Shown piece by piece: positions 1 through 10,028 of a stretch of 64,000 nt of DNA. Every line of letters starts with the position of its first letter. Positions within the stretch are counted from its first letter, which is position 1. The notes below the pieces were generated by a model. It was not told where the DNA came from, made no database searches, and saw nothing but the letters and a program-made list of their open reading frames with translations. The position numbers were made by a program, and so were the translations under genes. This DNA comes from an uncultured candidatus Porisulfidus sp. (GTDB lineage: Bacteria > Pseudomonadota > Gammaproteobacteria > Poriferisulfidales > Poriferisulfidaceae), in assembly GCA_965199755.1 (NCBI GenBank), contig CBDASZ010000001.1:640001-704000 (forward strand). Direction: 5' to 3'.

Positions 1-1087
1 GCGAGCGGCGCAGTTGCAGCATGGCGTGATCCCGGGTCTGGAGCGCCAAATGGAGGAGGCGCACAGTGCGGAGAAACCCGAAGCCACGCTGTTTCAGGAC
101 ACAGTCACGGAAGAGGGTATCGCGGAAGTGGTGGCCCGCGCCACTGGCATTCCGGTCGCGCGTCTGCTCGAAGGCGAGCGGCAAAAGCTGTTGCGCATGG
201 AGGAGAGCCTGCATGCGCGCGTGGTGGGACAGGATGAAGCGGTGGTGGCGGTCAGCCATGCGGTGCGTCGCGCGCGATCGGGACTGACCGAGGAGAATCG
301 GCCGATTGGCTCGTTTCTGTTTCTGGGGCCGACCGGGGTGGGCAAGACCGAACTGTGCAAGGCGCTGGCGGAATTTTTGTTCGATGACGAGGCGGCAATG
401 CTGCGCGTGGACATGTCGGAGTACATGGAGAAGCATTCGGTCGCGCGCCTGATCGGCGCGCCTCCGGGCTATGTAGGCTACGAGGAAGGTGGGCGGCTGA
501 CTGAAGCGGTGCGCCGCCGTCCGTATGCCGTCATTTTGCTTGATGAAGTCGAGAAAGCGCACCCGGACGTCTTCAACGTGCTGCTGCAGGTTTTTGATGA
601 TGGCCGCCTGACCGACGGGCATGGCCGCACGGTGGATTTCTCCAACACGGTGCTGGTGATGACCTCCAATATTGGCAGCGAGACGATCCGGCAGATGGCG
701 CACGATGAGCATGAGCAGATGCAGCAGGCCGTGCAGCAGCAACTGCTCGATCATTTCCGCCCGGAGTTTCTCAATCGAATCGATGAGACCGTGGTCTTTC
801 GGGTGCTTAGCCGCGAGCAGATTCACGCCATCGTGCACATGCAACTGGCGGCCTTGCGCCAGCGTTTGGTGGCGCAGGAATTGTCGCTTGAAGTATCAGC
901 GCCGGCTGAGCAGTTTCTCAGTGATGTCGGCTATGACCCGGAATACGGTGCCCGCCCGTTGCGCCGCGCGCTGCGCAACTATCTGGAGAATCCTCTGGCG
1001 CAGGCGTTACTGGAGGGGCGATTCACGCCCGGTCAGACGATTGAGGTTGCGCGCGACGGGGATGCGCTCGGCTTCACGCCGCAGTGA
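1..1087 (+). CDS. clpB: ATP-dependent chaperone ClpB, C-terminal part (5' truncated by window edge)
   Basis: Second AAA+ module: [14 protein letters not shown] Walker [26 protein letters not shown] signature, ILLDEVEK Walker B, GARPLRR. Confidence 0.95.
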   Translation, partial: RAAQLQHGVIPGLERQMEEAHSAEKPEATLFQDTVTEEGIAEVVARATGIPVARLLEGERQKLLRMEESLHARVVGQDEAVVAVSHAVRRARSGLTEENRPIGSFLFLGPTGVGKTELCKALAEFLFDDEAAMLRVDMSEYMEKHSVARLIGAPPGYVGYEEGGRLTEAVRRRPYAVILLDEVEKAHPDVFNVLLQVFDDGRLTDGHGRTVDFSNTVLVMTSNIGSETIRQMAHDEHEQMQQAVQQQLLDHFRPEFLNRIDETVVFRVLSREQIHAIVHMQLAALRQRLVAQELSLEVSAPAEQFLSDVGYDPEYGARPLRRALRNYLENPLAQALLEGRFTPGQTIEVARDGDALGFTPQ

Positions 1088-2786
1088 GTTGCTCCTGCAG
1101 AAACGCGAGCACTTGATCCTGCGGGATGTGCTGGGCGTCTTCGCTGTCGCGGCGTCGGTATTCCAGTGTTCCGTCTTCCAGTCCGCGCGCGCTGATGACG
1201 ATGCGGTGCGGGATGCCGATCAGATCGGCTTCGGCGAACATGATTCCAGGGCGTAAGGCGCGATCGTCAAGCGCCACATCAATGTCCCGTTCGAGGCATT
1301 GCTGGTAGAGCCGCTCCGTCGCCTCAGCCACGGCGCTGTCCTGCTCCCCCCCGATCGGACACAGCAGCAACTGAAAGGGTGCCATGGCGTCGGTCCAGAT
1401 AATGCCGTTGTCGTCATGGCTTTGTTCGATCGCTGCGGCGACGATGCGGGTGAGGCCGATGCCGTAGCAGCCCATGGTGACAACCTGTTTTTGTCCCTCC
1501 GCGTCGAGCACTGAGCAGTTCATGGCACGGCTGTATTTGTCGCCCAACTGGAAGATGTGTCCCACCTCAATGCCCCGCGCGCTGCGCATCACACCCTTGC
1601 CGTCAGGGCTGGCTTCTCCGTCTTCCACGTTGCGCAGATCGCACACCGTGCCTAGAGTGGCATTGTGTTCCCAGTTGGCCCCGGTGTAGTGTTTGCCTTT
1701 GGTGTTGGCACCACACACGAAGTCCGAGAGCACGGCTGCTGCGGCATCGACATAGCAGGGCAGGTTCAGCTCGACCGGGCCGAGAAAGCCGGTGGGACAG
1801 CCCAGTTGCTCCTCGATCTCCTCGGCGCTGGCGAAGCGCAGCGGTGAGTCAATGCCGTGGAGTTTGGCTGTCTTGGTCGCGTTCAGCCGATGATCGCCGC
1901 GCAGAAACAGCGCGACCAGTGAATCATTCGGCGCATGCACGATCAGGGTCTTGAGCGTCCGCTCAGGCGGCACGCCCAAATGCTTGCAGACGTCTTCGAT
2001 CGTATGTTGATCGGGGGTGTCGACTTCATGCAGGGTTTCTTCCGGTTCCGGACGTGGGCTTTCAGGCGCGGGTGCCGGGGCGCGGTCGATGTTGGCCGCA
2101 TAGTCGGAGTTTTCGCAGTAGACGATCTCATCCTCGCCAGAATCGGCCAGCACATGAAACTCATGCGAGACGGCACCGCCGATCGTGCCGGAATCCGCCA
2201 GCACGTAGCGGTAGTGCAGGCCCAGTCGGTCAAAAACCCGGCAATAAGCCTGATGCATGTCCTCGTAGGTTTGCGTGAGGCTGTCGGCGTCCATGTGAAA
2301 GGAATACGCATCCTTCATAAGGAACTCGCGCGCCCGCATGACGCCGAAGCGCGGTCGAATCTCGTCTCGGAATTTGGTCTGGATCTGGTAGTAGTTGACT
2401 GGCAGTTGCCGGTAACTGTGCAATTCTCGCCGGGCCAGGTCGGTGATGACTTCCTCGTGGGTGGGTCCAAAGCAGAAGGTGCGTTCATGGCGGTCAGTCA
2501 GACGCAGCAGTTCCGGTCCGTACTGACTCCAGCGCCCGGATTCCTCCCATAATTCCGCCGGCTGCACGGCCGGCATCAGCAACTCCACGGCACCAGCGCG
2601 GTTCATTTCCTCGCGCACCACGGCTTCCACTTTTTGCAGCACGCGCAAGCCCAGCGGCATCCAGCTATACAAACCGGAGGCTAAAGAGCGCACCATTCCG
2701 GCGCGCACCATTAACTGATGGCTGACAACATCAGCATCCGCTGGCGTTTCGCGCAGCGTGTGCAAGGGGAATTGGGACAGGCGCAT
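1074..2786 (-). CDS. proS: Proline--tRNA ligase (bacterial type, with editing insertion)
   Basis: Start moved to ATG 2786 (MRLSQF); [51 protein letters not shown] motifs; 14-nt convergent overlap with clpB. Confidence 0.96.
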   Translation of the reverse strand: MRLSQFPLHTLRETPADADVVSHQLMVRAGMVRSLASGLYSWMPLGLRVLQKVEAVVREEMNRAGAVELLMPAVQPAELWEESGRWSQYGPELLRLTDRHERTFCFGPTHEEVITDLARRELHSYRQLPVNYYQIQTKFRDEIRPRFGVMRAREFLMKDAYSFHMDADSLTQTYEDMHQAYCRVFDRLGLHYRYVLADSGTIGGAVSHEFHVLADSGEDEIVYCENSDYAANIDRAPAPAPESPRPEPEETLHEVDTPDQHTIEDVCKHLGVPPERTLKTLIVHAPNDSLVALFLRGDHRLNATKTAKLHGIDSPLRFASAEEIEEQLGCPTGFLGPVELNLPCYVDAAAAVLSDFVCGANTKGKHYTGANWEHNATLGTVCDLRNVEDGEASPDGKGVMRSARGIEVGHIFQLGDKYSRAMNCSVLDAEGQKQVVTMGCYGIGLTRIVAAAIEQSHDDNGIIWTDAMAPFQLLLCPIGGEQDSAVAEATERLYQQCLERDIDVALDDRALRPGIMFAEADLIGIPHRIVISARGLEDGTLEYRRRDSEDAQHIPQDQVLAFLQEQLTAA

Positions 2787-2818
2787 TTGAGTTATTGTAG
2801 TATGATTGAAATTTTGGG

Positions 2819-2843
2819 CATGACAAGCGCGCCGGTTGTCATG
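2819..2843. promoter_or_regulatory. Inverted repeat in the divergent proS/LysR intergenic region; possible operator
   Basis: CATGACAA-N9-TTGTCATG perfect 8-bp arms; function inferred only. Confidence 0.3.
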
Positions 2844-2911
2844 TTGTCGGGCCCAGATTTGACAATACAGTACCATAGCGCAAACGCCGCCACTGCGAGG
2901 CACCCACCCCG

Positions 2912-3817
2912 ATGTCTGACCGACGCCTGAAGGCTTTCTACACCGTCGCGCGGCTGTCCAACTTCACCAAGGCGGCAAAAGCCTTGCATTTGACGCAGCC
3001 TGCGGTGACCTTCCAGATCCGCCAGCTGGAGGATTACTACAAGGTCAGGTTGTTTGATCGCCGGCATAACCGCATCACTTTGACCGAACCGGGGCGCAAG
3101 ATGTACGAATACGCGGAGCAGGTGTTTCGCGTGTACGATGAAATGGAAGCGGCCATGAGCCGCATTGTGGGCGATTTAAGCGGTCCGGTCACGATCGGCG
3201 CGAGCAATACGATCGCGGTCTACATGCTGCCGCGCCTGCTGCGCGAATTTCGGGTCGAGCACCCGGAAATGGCCTTGCGCATGAAAATCTCGAATACCGA
3301 AGGAGTGGCCGAGATGGTTGAGAGCGGCACAGTGGATTTGGGGATTGTCGAGGGGCCGGTCGGCGGTCGCCCACTACAGGTGGAGATGTATAAAATGGAC
3401 GAACTGGTGGCGATTGCGCTGCCGTCGCATCCTCTGTTGAGCACTACGCCGGTGCGCATCAGTCAGGTTTTGGACTACCCGTTTATCATTCGGGAAGAGG
3501 GCTCCGGCACACGGGAAGTCATTATGAATTACTTGCGCCGACAACGTGTTAACGCTGATCGCATGGATATCGTAATGGAACTGGGCGGTCTGGACGCTAT
3601 CAAGGGCGCGGTGGAAGCCGGCATGGGCGTCTCAATCCTATCCCGTGAGACTCTGCACAAGGAACTGGAACTGGGCACTCTGGGCTGCGCCTCGTTGTCG
3701 CCGCCGATGACTCGCAAACTCTCGCTGGTGAGTGTCAACCAGCCGCATCGCCCGCCCTCAGTGGCGGCGCTGATGAACTTCGCGATGCGTTTCGCCACCG
3801 GATCGGAGGCAGCATGA
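2912..3817 (+). CDS. LysR-family transcriptional regulator (CysL-like)
   Basis: N-terminal [26 protein letters not shown]; IGASNTI and REEGSGTR substrate-binding-domain motifs. Confidence 0.92.
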   Translation: MSDRRLKAFYTVARLSNFTKAAKALHLTQPAVTFQIRQLEDYYKVRLFDRRHNRITLTEPGRKMYEYAEQVFRVYDEMEAAMSRIVGDLSGPVTIGASNTIAVYMLPRLLREFRVEHPEMALRMKISNTEGVAEMVESGTVDLGIVEGPVGGRPLQVEMYKMDELVAIALPSHPLLSTTPVRISQVLDYPFIIREEGSGTREVIMNYLRRQRVNADRMDIVMELGGLDAIKGAVEAGMGVSILSRETLHKELELGTLGCASLSPPMTRKLSLVSVNQPHRPPSVAALMNFAMRFATGSEAA

Positions 3818-4881
3818 GGAAATCCTTACAAGACTGGTGGCAGCGCCACTTCAGCGACCCGCAACTGCCGGCGCTGCTGGTAATGCTTCTGCTCGGTCTG
3901 GGCGTGGCGCTGTGGGTTGGAGACTTGTTGGTGCCGGTGCTGGTCAGCATATTGCTGGCGTACATTCTGGAAGGGCCGATTCGGGTACTGGAGCAGCGCG
4001 TGGGCCGTCTCACGGCACTGCTGCTGGTGTATCTGCTGTTTGTCGCCAGCATTCTGGTGCTGATGTTATGGCTGGTGCCGCAATTGTCGCAACAGATCGT
4101 CGAGTTGGTGACGAGGATGCCGAGCATGCTGGCGGCAGCGCAAGCCTGGGTGGAAGCGTTGCCGCAACTGTACCCTGATCTGGTCAGCCCGCTGCAGGCG
4201 GAACAGATTTTGATGTCCATTCGTGCCGAGATGCTGGCGTTTGGCGATGAGGTGATCCGGTTTTCAGTGAATACGGTGGTCGACGCGCTGTCGCTGGTGG
4301 TGTACGCCATACTGGTGCCGATGCTTGTGTTCTTTCTGCTGAAGGACAAGTGGCGCATTCTGGACTGGGTGCGTCAGTACCTGCCGAACCCACAGTCTCT
4401 GAGCCGTCAGGTGCTGCACGAGATGAACCTGAAAGTGTCCAGTTATCTGCGCGGCAAACTGATCGAGATTCTGGTAGTGTGGGCGGCGACTTTCGTGGTA
4501 TTTTTGCTGTTCGGTCTGCAATACGCCTTGCTGCTGTCGTTTCTGGTCGGCTTGTCGGTCATTATTCCTTATGTCGGCGCGGTGGTGGTGACTATTCCGG
4601 TGATGCTGGTGGGGGCCTCCCAGTGGGGCGCGACGCCGCAGTTCGCCTGGATGTTTCTGTCGTATCTAGTGGTGCAGTTTCTCGACGGCAACGTGCTGGT
4701 GCCATTGCTGTTCGCCGAAGTGGTGGACTTGCATCCGGTCGCAATTCTTACTGCGATTCTGGTGTTTGGCGGATTATGGGGCGTGTGGGGAGTGCTGCTT
4801 GCGATCCCGCTGGCGTCTCTGATTGATGTGGTGTTGCGTCTGTGGCCGAAAGCGCGCCAGTCCGACGTAGGACCCGGATAA
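3814..4881 (+). CDS. AI-2E family membrane transporter (PerM-like)
   Basis: Multi-TM hydrophobic protein with SVIIPYVG, QFLDGNVLVP, LHPVAIL, GGLWG..AIPLA; adjacent to bcp as perM commonly is. Confidence 0.88.
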   Translation: MRKSLQDWWQRHFSDPQLPALLVMLLLGLGVALWVGDLLVPVLVSILLAYILEGPIRVLEQRVGRLTALLLVYLLFVASILVLMLWLVPQLSQQIVELVTRMPSMLAAAQAWVEALPQLYPDLVSPLQAEQILMSIRAEMLAFGDEVIRFSVNTVVDALSLVVYAILVPMLVFFLLKDKWRILDWVRQYLPNPQSLSRQVLHEMNLKVSSYLRGKLIEILVVWAATFVVFLLFGLQYALLLSFLVGLSVIIPYVGAVVVTIPVMLVGASQWGATPQFAWMFLSYLVVQFLDGNVLVPLLFAEVVDLHPVAILTAILVFGGLWGVWGVLLAIPLASLIDVVLRLWPKARQSDVGPG

Positions 4882-4884
4882 AAC

Positions 4885-5373
4885 TCAGGCGCGTTTCTTT
4901 GTAGTCTCGATCAGGGTATCGAGGACTTCCTGCGCGTGTTCGGGCACGCGCACTTTGCGCCAGATGCGCACCACCACGCCTTCCGGGTCGATCAAAAAGG
5001 TGCTGCGCTCAATGCCGCGCACTTTGCGCCCGTACATGTTCTTGAGTTTCATTACATCGTAGCGGCCGCAGGCGACCTCCTCAGGGTCAGATACCAAATC
5101 AAAAGGGAACTTGTGTTTGGCCTTGAAGTTTTCGTGCGTCTTGACGGAATCGCGAGACAGGCCGAGCACGACGGTCTTGCGGCGTCTGAAGCGGGTGTGC
5201 AGGGTGCGAAAATCCTGACCCTCGGTGACGCAGCCGGGCGTGTGATCTTTCGGATAGAAATACAGCACCACAAACTGTCCGCGCAAGTCGGACAGACGGA
5301 GGTTTTTGTTGCCGGTCACCGGCAGTTCAAAATCAGGAGCGGTCTTGCCTTCCCGGGGAGTGGTTCGTGCCAT
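4885..5373 (-). CDS. bcp: Peroxiredoxin BCP/PrxQ
   Basis: VVLYFYPKDHTPGC peroxidatic motif, GIERSTFLID. Confidence 0.92.
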   Translation of the reverse strand: MARTTPREGKTAPDFELPVTGNKNLRLSDLRGQFVVLYFYPKDHTPGCVTEGQDFRTLHTRFRRRKTVVLGLSRDSVKTHENFKAKHKFPFDLVSDPEEVACGRYDVMKLKNMYGRKVRGIERSTFLIDPEGVVVRIWRKVRVPEHAQEVLDTLIETTKKRA

Positions 5374-5569
5374 GCTGTTGAGGTTTTATCCTTCAAAGTT
5401 TGGATTTTCAGCATATCACACTTGTTTGCGACCGGTGGGGTGGAGGAGCCGGCGCGCCAAAATCGGTTGGCATGTCTCTCGCGACGCAGATTGAACCGGG
5501 AGATGTGGCTCCGACAGGCACGCTGGTTCCCTGTATAATCAACACACCTGATCGACATCGTAACTAGTT

Positions 5570-5926
5570 ATGGAAGGCCACCACTTCGAACTTGATGCCG
5601 AAAACTCCGACAACGCCATCACCATTACGGTCGGGGGCCGCGTTGATGGCGCTAACGCTGAGGATCTGCATGCACGCCTTGATGAGATGGTTAACGCCCA
5701 AGACACAAAACCCATATTGCTCGATCTCCACAAATTGACGTACATCAGTAGTGCGGGTTTGCGAACAGTTTTGCGAGTTGCTCAAGCCATGAAGGGCAAA
5801 GGCCTGTACTTTGCATTGGTCGGTCTGCCGCCGCACATCAAGGAGGTTGTGCAGCTCACAGGGTTCGACAAGATCATTGATGTTCAGGACAACCTTTCTT
5901 CTGCGATCCAAAATATCACCAGATAA
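5570..5926 (+). CDS. STAS-domain anti-sigma-factor antagonist
   Basis: 118 aa; GRVD..., ILLDLHKLTYISSAGLR phosphoacceptor-Ser motif, EVVQLTGF. Confidence 0.9.
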   Translation: MEGHHFELDAENSDNAITITVGGRVDGANAEDLHARLDEMVNAQDTKPILLDLHKLTYISSAGLRTVLRVAQAMKGKGLYFALVGLPPHIKEVVQLTGFDKIIDVQDNLSSAIQNITR

Positions 5927-6050
5927 TGAGCAGTCGCTTGTACGCCATGATCACCCTGATTTGCTCTAAGTGGGAAATGCGACTGATTTCCTTAATACCC
6001 GCTCGCCAGTGCATGACCCCTGTCATGCGCGCCGGTGCGCCAAGCGGCAC

Positions 6051-6064
6051 CCTTATATATAAGG
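6051..6064. promoter_or_regulatory. Perfect 14-bp palindrome overlapping the Shine-Dalgarno of the REC-PP2C-kinase gene
   Basis: CCTTATATATAAGG followed by AAGG and GTG start at 6075. Confidence 0.35.
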
Positions 6065-6074
6065 AAGGCGCATT

Positions 6075-7682
6075 GTGAGTACTCCCACGCAAGACTTGGC
6101 GAACACGCATATTCTGGTGGTCGACAACGAAAAAGATCTCGAGCCGGTGATCCGCCAGCACATGCAGCAGGAGATCAGTGACCGCCGCTACAGTTTCGAG
6201 TTCGTCAATAGCGGTCTGGCGGCCCTTGATCGGCTGCGCGCCAACGAGCGGTTCGACATTATCCTGACGGACGTTGACGTCTCTGTGATGGGCGGTGCCA
6301 ATTTGCTGGAGGAGATTCCGAAGATAGCGGCCAAGATTACCGCCAGTCTGGTGATCGCCGAGAACGACATGCAAAACATCCACACCGCTATGCGCCACGG
6401 TGCGTTCAGCTTCATTCCCAAGCCGCTGGACATCACCGACCTTAAGGTCACCATCGAGCGCGCAGTGGACAACCTCGGCCAGTTGCGCGAAGTCAAGTCG
6501 CTGCGTTCGCGGCTGCACACTCTGGAGCATGAGTTGCATATGGCGCAGACCTTGCAGGAACGGATTCTTCCGACCACGTTCCCGAAAACCAAGGACTATG
6601 ACATATATGCCGACATGGTGGCCGCTCATTCTGTCGGCGGTGACTTCTATGATGTGTTCGATCTGGATCGGGGGCACGTGGGCGTTTTGATCGCCGACGT
6701 TTCTGACAAAGGCATTCCCGCTGCCATGTTCATGATGGCCAGCCGCACCTTGCTGAAAGCTTGCGCGGCCTGTTCCGTGTCACCCTCTCAGGTTCTTGGG
6801 CAGGTCAACTACCTGCTGTCGCAAGATAACGAAGCCATGAATTTCGTGACCTTGTTCTACGGAATTTACGACCCGGAAACCGGAAAACTCAAGTACACCA
6901 ATGCCGGACACAATTGCCCGGTGCTGATCCAGCCAGGGAAGGAACCGGAGTTGCTGTATCCGACCAGCGACATTGCTTTGGGGGTCGCCGAGGACTTCCA
7001 GTTCAGTGAGAAGACTGTAACGCTGCCTCCGGGCAGCATCGTCGTGCTCTACACAGATGGTGTCTCGGAGGCGGAGCGTCAGGACAACAGAATGTTTGGC
7101 ATGGGCCGCCTCATGCGGGTGTTTCAGGAAAAAGAGGTGACTGATAACGCCAAGGTAGCGACTGAGGCCGTATTTCAGGCGGTTGAGGATTTCACTGAAG
7201 GCAATGAACAGTCCGATGACATCACCTGCCTGGTTCTGCGTACCTGCAAACCCAGTCCTCATGTCGTGCTGGAGTCACATACGCTGACGATTCCCAACCG
7301 GATTGAGGAAATTCGCACGGTGCACAAAGCGCTTCAGGAATACTCCAAGAAAATCGGCATGCCACCCGATAAGTTCTCGCAGATACAGCTGGCGCTGGAA
7401 GAACTGGTGATCAATATCATTTTCTATGCGCATAAGGACAAGAAGGTGCACCAGATTCAGGTCAACTTCTCCGCAACAGAGAATACACTCACGATCGAGT
7501 TGGTGGATGACGGGATAGCCTTCGACCCGTTGAGCGATGCGCCGAAAATGGATACGGAAAAGAGTTTGGAGGAGCGCCCTCTTGGATGTGCCGGCATCGC
7601 ATTGGCCCAGCAGTTTCTCACCAGCATTGAGTATCGGCGCACCGGTAAGCACAACCGCTTGAAGTTGACCTACGATTTTTGA
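6075..7682 (+). CDS. Partner-switching regulator: receiver + SpoIIE/PP2C phosphatase + RsbW-like HATPase kinase (HsbR/CrsR-like architecture)
   Basis: REC (ILVVDNE, IILTD, FIPKP); PP2C (VGGDFYD, IADVSDKG, NAGHN, LYTDGV, QSDDIT); kinase (EELVINIIFYA, VDDGIAFDP). Confidence 0.88.
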   Translation: MSTPTQDLANTHILVVDNEKDLEPVIRQHMQQEISDRRYSFEFVNSGLAALDRLRANERFDIILTDVDVSVMGGANLLEEIPKIAAKITASLVIAENDMQNIHTAMRHGAFSFIPKPLDITDLKVTIERAVDNLGQLREVKSLRSRLHTLEHELHMAQTLQERILPTTFPKTKDYDIYADMVAAHSVGGDFYDVFDLDRGHVGVLIADVSDKGIPAAMFMMASRTLLKACAACSVSPSQVLGQVNYLLSQDNEAMNFVTLFYGIYDPETGKLKYTNAGHNCPVLIQPGKEPELLYPTSDIALGVAEDFQFSEKTVTLPPGSIVVLYTDGVSEAERQDNRMFGMGRLMRVFQEKEVTDNAKVATEAVFQAVEDFTEGNEQSDDITCLVLRTCKPSPHVVLESHTLTIPNRIEEIRTVHKALQEYSKKIGMPPDKFSQIQLALEELVINIIFYAHKDKKVHQIQVNFSATENTLTIELVDDGIAFDPLSDAPKMDTEKSLEERPLGCAGIALAQQFLTSIEYRRTGKHNRLKLTYDF

Positions 7683-7826
7683 TGCTACCCGGTGTTTCGG
7701 GCTGGGCCATGGCGATAGCCGCAAATGTTATCAAGAGGCTCCCGGCCTCCAACTGAGTAAGCCGGAACCGCTACCGGCAATCTAGTCCGACGAAATTGAA
7801 ACGCGCCTTTTTGCGCGTCGACGCAC

Positions 7827-8804
7827 TCAGCTGTCTGTGGCCTGAGTTTCTCTGGCTTCGCGCTCTTTTTGCAGGCTGAGCGGCAGCGGGAAGTAGACGT
7901 TTTCCTGCTCCCCGTCCATGGTCGACAACTCAATCTCCATGTAGTCGCGTAAGATGGCCAGCAACTCCTGCACCAGTTCATCAGGTGTGGAGGCACCAGC
8001 CGTGATACCAATGGTCTCTTTGCCTTCCCACCAGGTCGGCTCCACCTGATCTGGTTCCTCAACCAGATAACTTGGTACGCCGCTGTCCCGGCCCACTTCG
8101 CATAGCCGGTTCGAGTTGGAACTGTTATGTGCGCCGACCACCAGAATCAGGTCCACCTGCGCCGCCAGTTTTCGCACCGCGGCCTGACGGTTCTGTGTCG
8201 CATAGCAAATGTCCTTGGTGTTCGGCCCGATGATTTTCGGGAAACGCTTCTGCAGTGCCTGAATAATGTTGCGCGTGTCATCCACTGACAGCGTGGTCTG
8301 CGTGATGTAGGCGACCTTGTCCGGGTTGCGAACCTCCAGAGTTTCAATGTCGGTCACTTCGCTCACCAGCAGCACGTGCCCCTTGATCTGTCCGAGCGTT
8401 CCCTCGACTTCAGGATGATCCTTGTGCCCGATCAAAATGATGTCGTAGTCCTTGCGTTCATAGTGCTGTCCCTGTTTGTGCACCTTCGTCACCAGCGGGC
8501 AGGTCGCATCAATCGACTGTAAGTTTCGATCCTTGGCCTTCTGAATGACCTTGGAAGACACTCCGTGCGCGCTGAAAATCGCAATGCTACCATCCGGTAC
8601 CTGGTCGAGTTTATCCACGAAGCGCACGCCCTTGGCGCGCAAGTCCTGCACCACTCGCTGGTTATGCACGATCTCATGGCGCATATAAATCGGCGCGTCG
8701 TAAAACTCTGCCGCCTGATCGACAATCGTGATGGCGCGGTCTACACCGGCACAAAAACCGCGCGGCTGGGCCAGTATCACTTTCATGGTTTTCTTTTCTT
8801 TCAT
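7827..8804 (-). CDS. ispH: 4-hydroxy-3-methylbut-2-enyl diphosphate reductase
   Basis: PRGFCAGV, IVHN, SAHG, DATCPLV, HPEV, ICYATQNRQ, SSNSNRL, TAGASTP; GGAG upstream of ATG 8804. Confidence 0.96.
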   Translation of the reverse strand: MKEKKTMKVILAQPRGFCAGVDRAITIVDQAAEFYDAPIYMRHEIVHNQRVVQDLRAKGVRFVDKLDQVPDGSIAIFSAHGVSSKVIQKAKDRNLQSIDATCPLVTKVHKQGQHYERKDYDIILIGHKDHPEVEGTLGQIKGHVLLVSEVTDIETLEVRNPDKVAYITQTTLSVDDTRNIIQALQKRFPKIIGPNTKDICYATQNRQAAVRKLAAQVDLILVVGAHNSSNSNRLCEVGRDSGVPSYLVEEPDQVEPTWWEGKETIGITAGASTPDELVQELLAILRDYMEIELSTMDGEQENVYFPLPLSLQKEREARETQATDS

Positions 8805-8821
8805 GGGAGTCTCCTTTTGAA

Positions 8822-9931
8822 TTAATTTTCAGCCGCCGGCACATAGCCGTAAGAATCTGTGTCCACATATGGTAGCCCCGCCATGGCCAGCCGAAACATC
8901 AGTTTCAAGGCAAGGTTGGAGCGCACGAACAAGCGTGTCATCGCCACTATGCCCTTGACGCTGCGCCGTGAGATCTTGACTTCCGCGCCAGTGCGGTAAT
9001 GCGGGTTGGCGTGAATGCGGCGCAAGCTCAATACCGCCATGCCCGCCGCCCACAGACAGTGCAGTCGAATGCCCGTCTCATGCGGGGGAATCAAAAGCGT
9101 GTAGCGCACCGCGTGGCTGAGATGATTGCGCGCTTCCGCCACCAGTCGGTTGAGCCCTTTCTCAAAGGCCTCACCACCGCCGCCCGCTTCAACCTGTCCG
9201 ATGGTGCAGCCTTCGGCCTGAAACACATCGCGCGCCAGCCAGCAGGCACCGCGCTCCTTGTCTTCCCAAATATCCTTCAGAATATTCGTCATCTGCAAGC
9301 CTTGTCCAAACGACACTGACAACTTCATCATCTCTTCGCGCTGCGCATAAATCTCCTCGGAGTGCCTACTGAACAAATCCGCCAGCATCTCACCGACCAC
9401 GCCGGCCACGTAGTAGCAATACTTGTCCATGTGCGGAATGTTATCAAGCCCCTCAGGCGTCGCCTGCTCCTGAAACTCATACATGCCTTGCGCCATGACC
9501 CGAACGCAGCGCTCCAGAATGCGGCGCTGTGTTTCTGTGAAGGAATGCGTGATGCGAATGACGCGCGCCGTGTTGGCGACCAGATCATGCTCCGCGTTCA
9601 GTGTCTCATCAGACAGCAATCGCCCAAGATCGCGCGCGAAATTCTCCGCAGGCTCATCGCCTTTGACGACCGCGACAAACTGATCCCAGAATACGCGCTT
9701 TTGCGCTATCGGCACGGCCGGCTCATCTTCAATGGTGTCATTGATGCGGCACAGAAGATAGCCATTGCTGACGATTGCGCGCAAGGCTTCTGGCAGTTGC
9801 GGAATGGTGAAGGCGAACGTGCGGGACACGCCTTGTAAAGCCACTTCTTGATAGGCCAGATCCTCTTCGATCGACTGTTCGTGGTGTGCTGTCACCGCTG
9901 CCTCCGAACTACCTGACTGTGAGCGATTCAT
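8822..9931 (-). CDS. Squalene/phytoene synthase family enzyme, most like single-enzyme squalene synthase
   Basis: VSRTF flap, DTIEDE Asp-rich motif, YCYYVAGVVG, GLQMTNILKDIWED, C-terminal VKISRR. Confidence 0.85.
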   Translation of the reverse strand: MNRSQSGSSEAAVTAHHEQSIEEDLAYQEVALQGVSRTFAFTIPQLPEALRAIVSNGYLLCRINDTIEDEPAVPIAQKRVFWDQFVAVVKGDEPAENFARDLGRLLSDETLNAEHDLVANTARVIRITHSFTETQRRILERCVRVMAQGMYEFQEQATPEGLDNIPHMDKYCYYVAGVVGEMLADLFSRHSEEIYAQREEMMKLSVSFGQGLQMTNILKDIWEDKERGACWLARDVFQAEGCTIGQVEAGGGGEAFEKGLNRLVAEARNHLSHAVRYTLLIPPHETGIRLHCLWAAGMAVLSLRRIHANPHYRTGAEVKISRRSVKGIVAMTRLFVRSNLALKLMFRLAMAGLPYVDTDSYGYVPAAEN

Positions 9932-10028
9932 GCGGACTATTATAACCCGCGATTTGGCAAATGAGCCATAAATTCAGTGCGATTAACTATTGCATATAGT
10001 CAGAATATCAACAGCATCCGCGCGAAAT

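Noticed and set aside
2787-2903. Apparent N-terminal extensions in the ORF track for proS, bamC, folE2, rplD, rplE, rpsH, rpsD, nusG, rpoB, rpoC and bioF
   Set aside because: Artefacts of taking the most upstream start; a downstream ATG matches the family N-terminus, SD or stop/start overlap.
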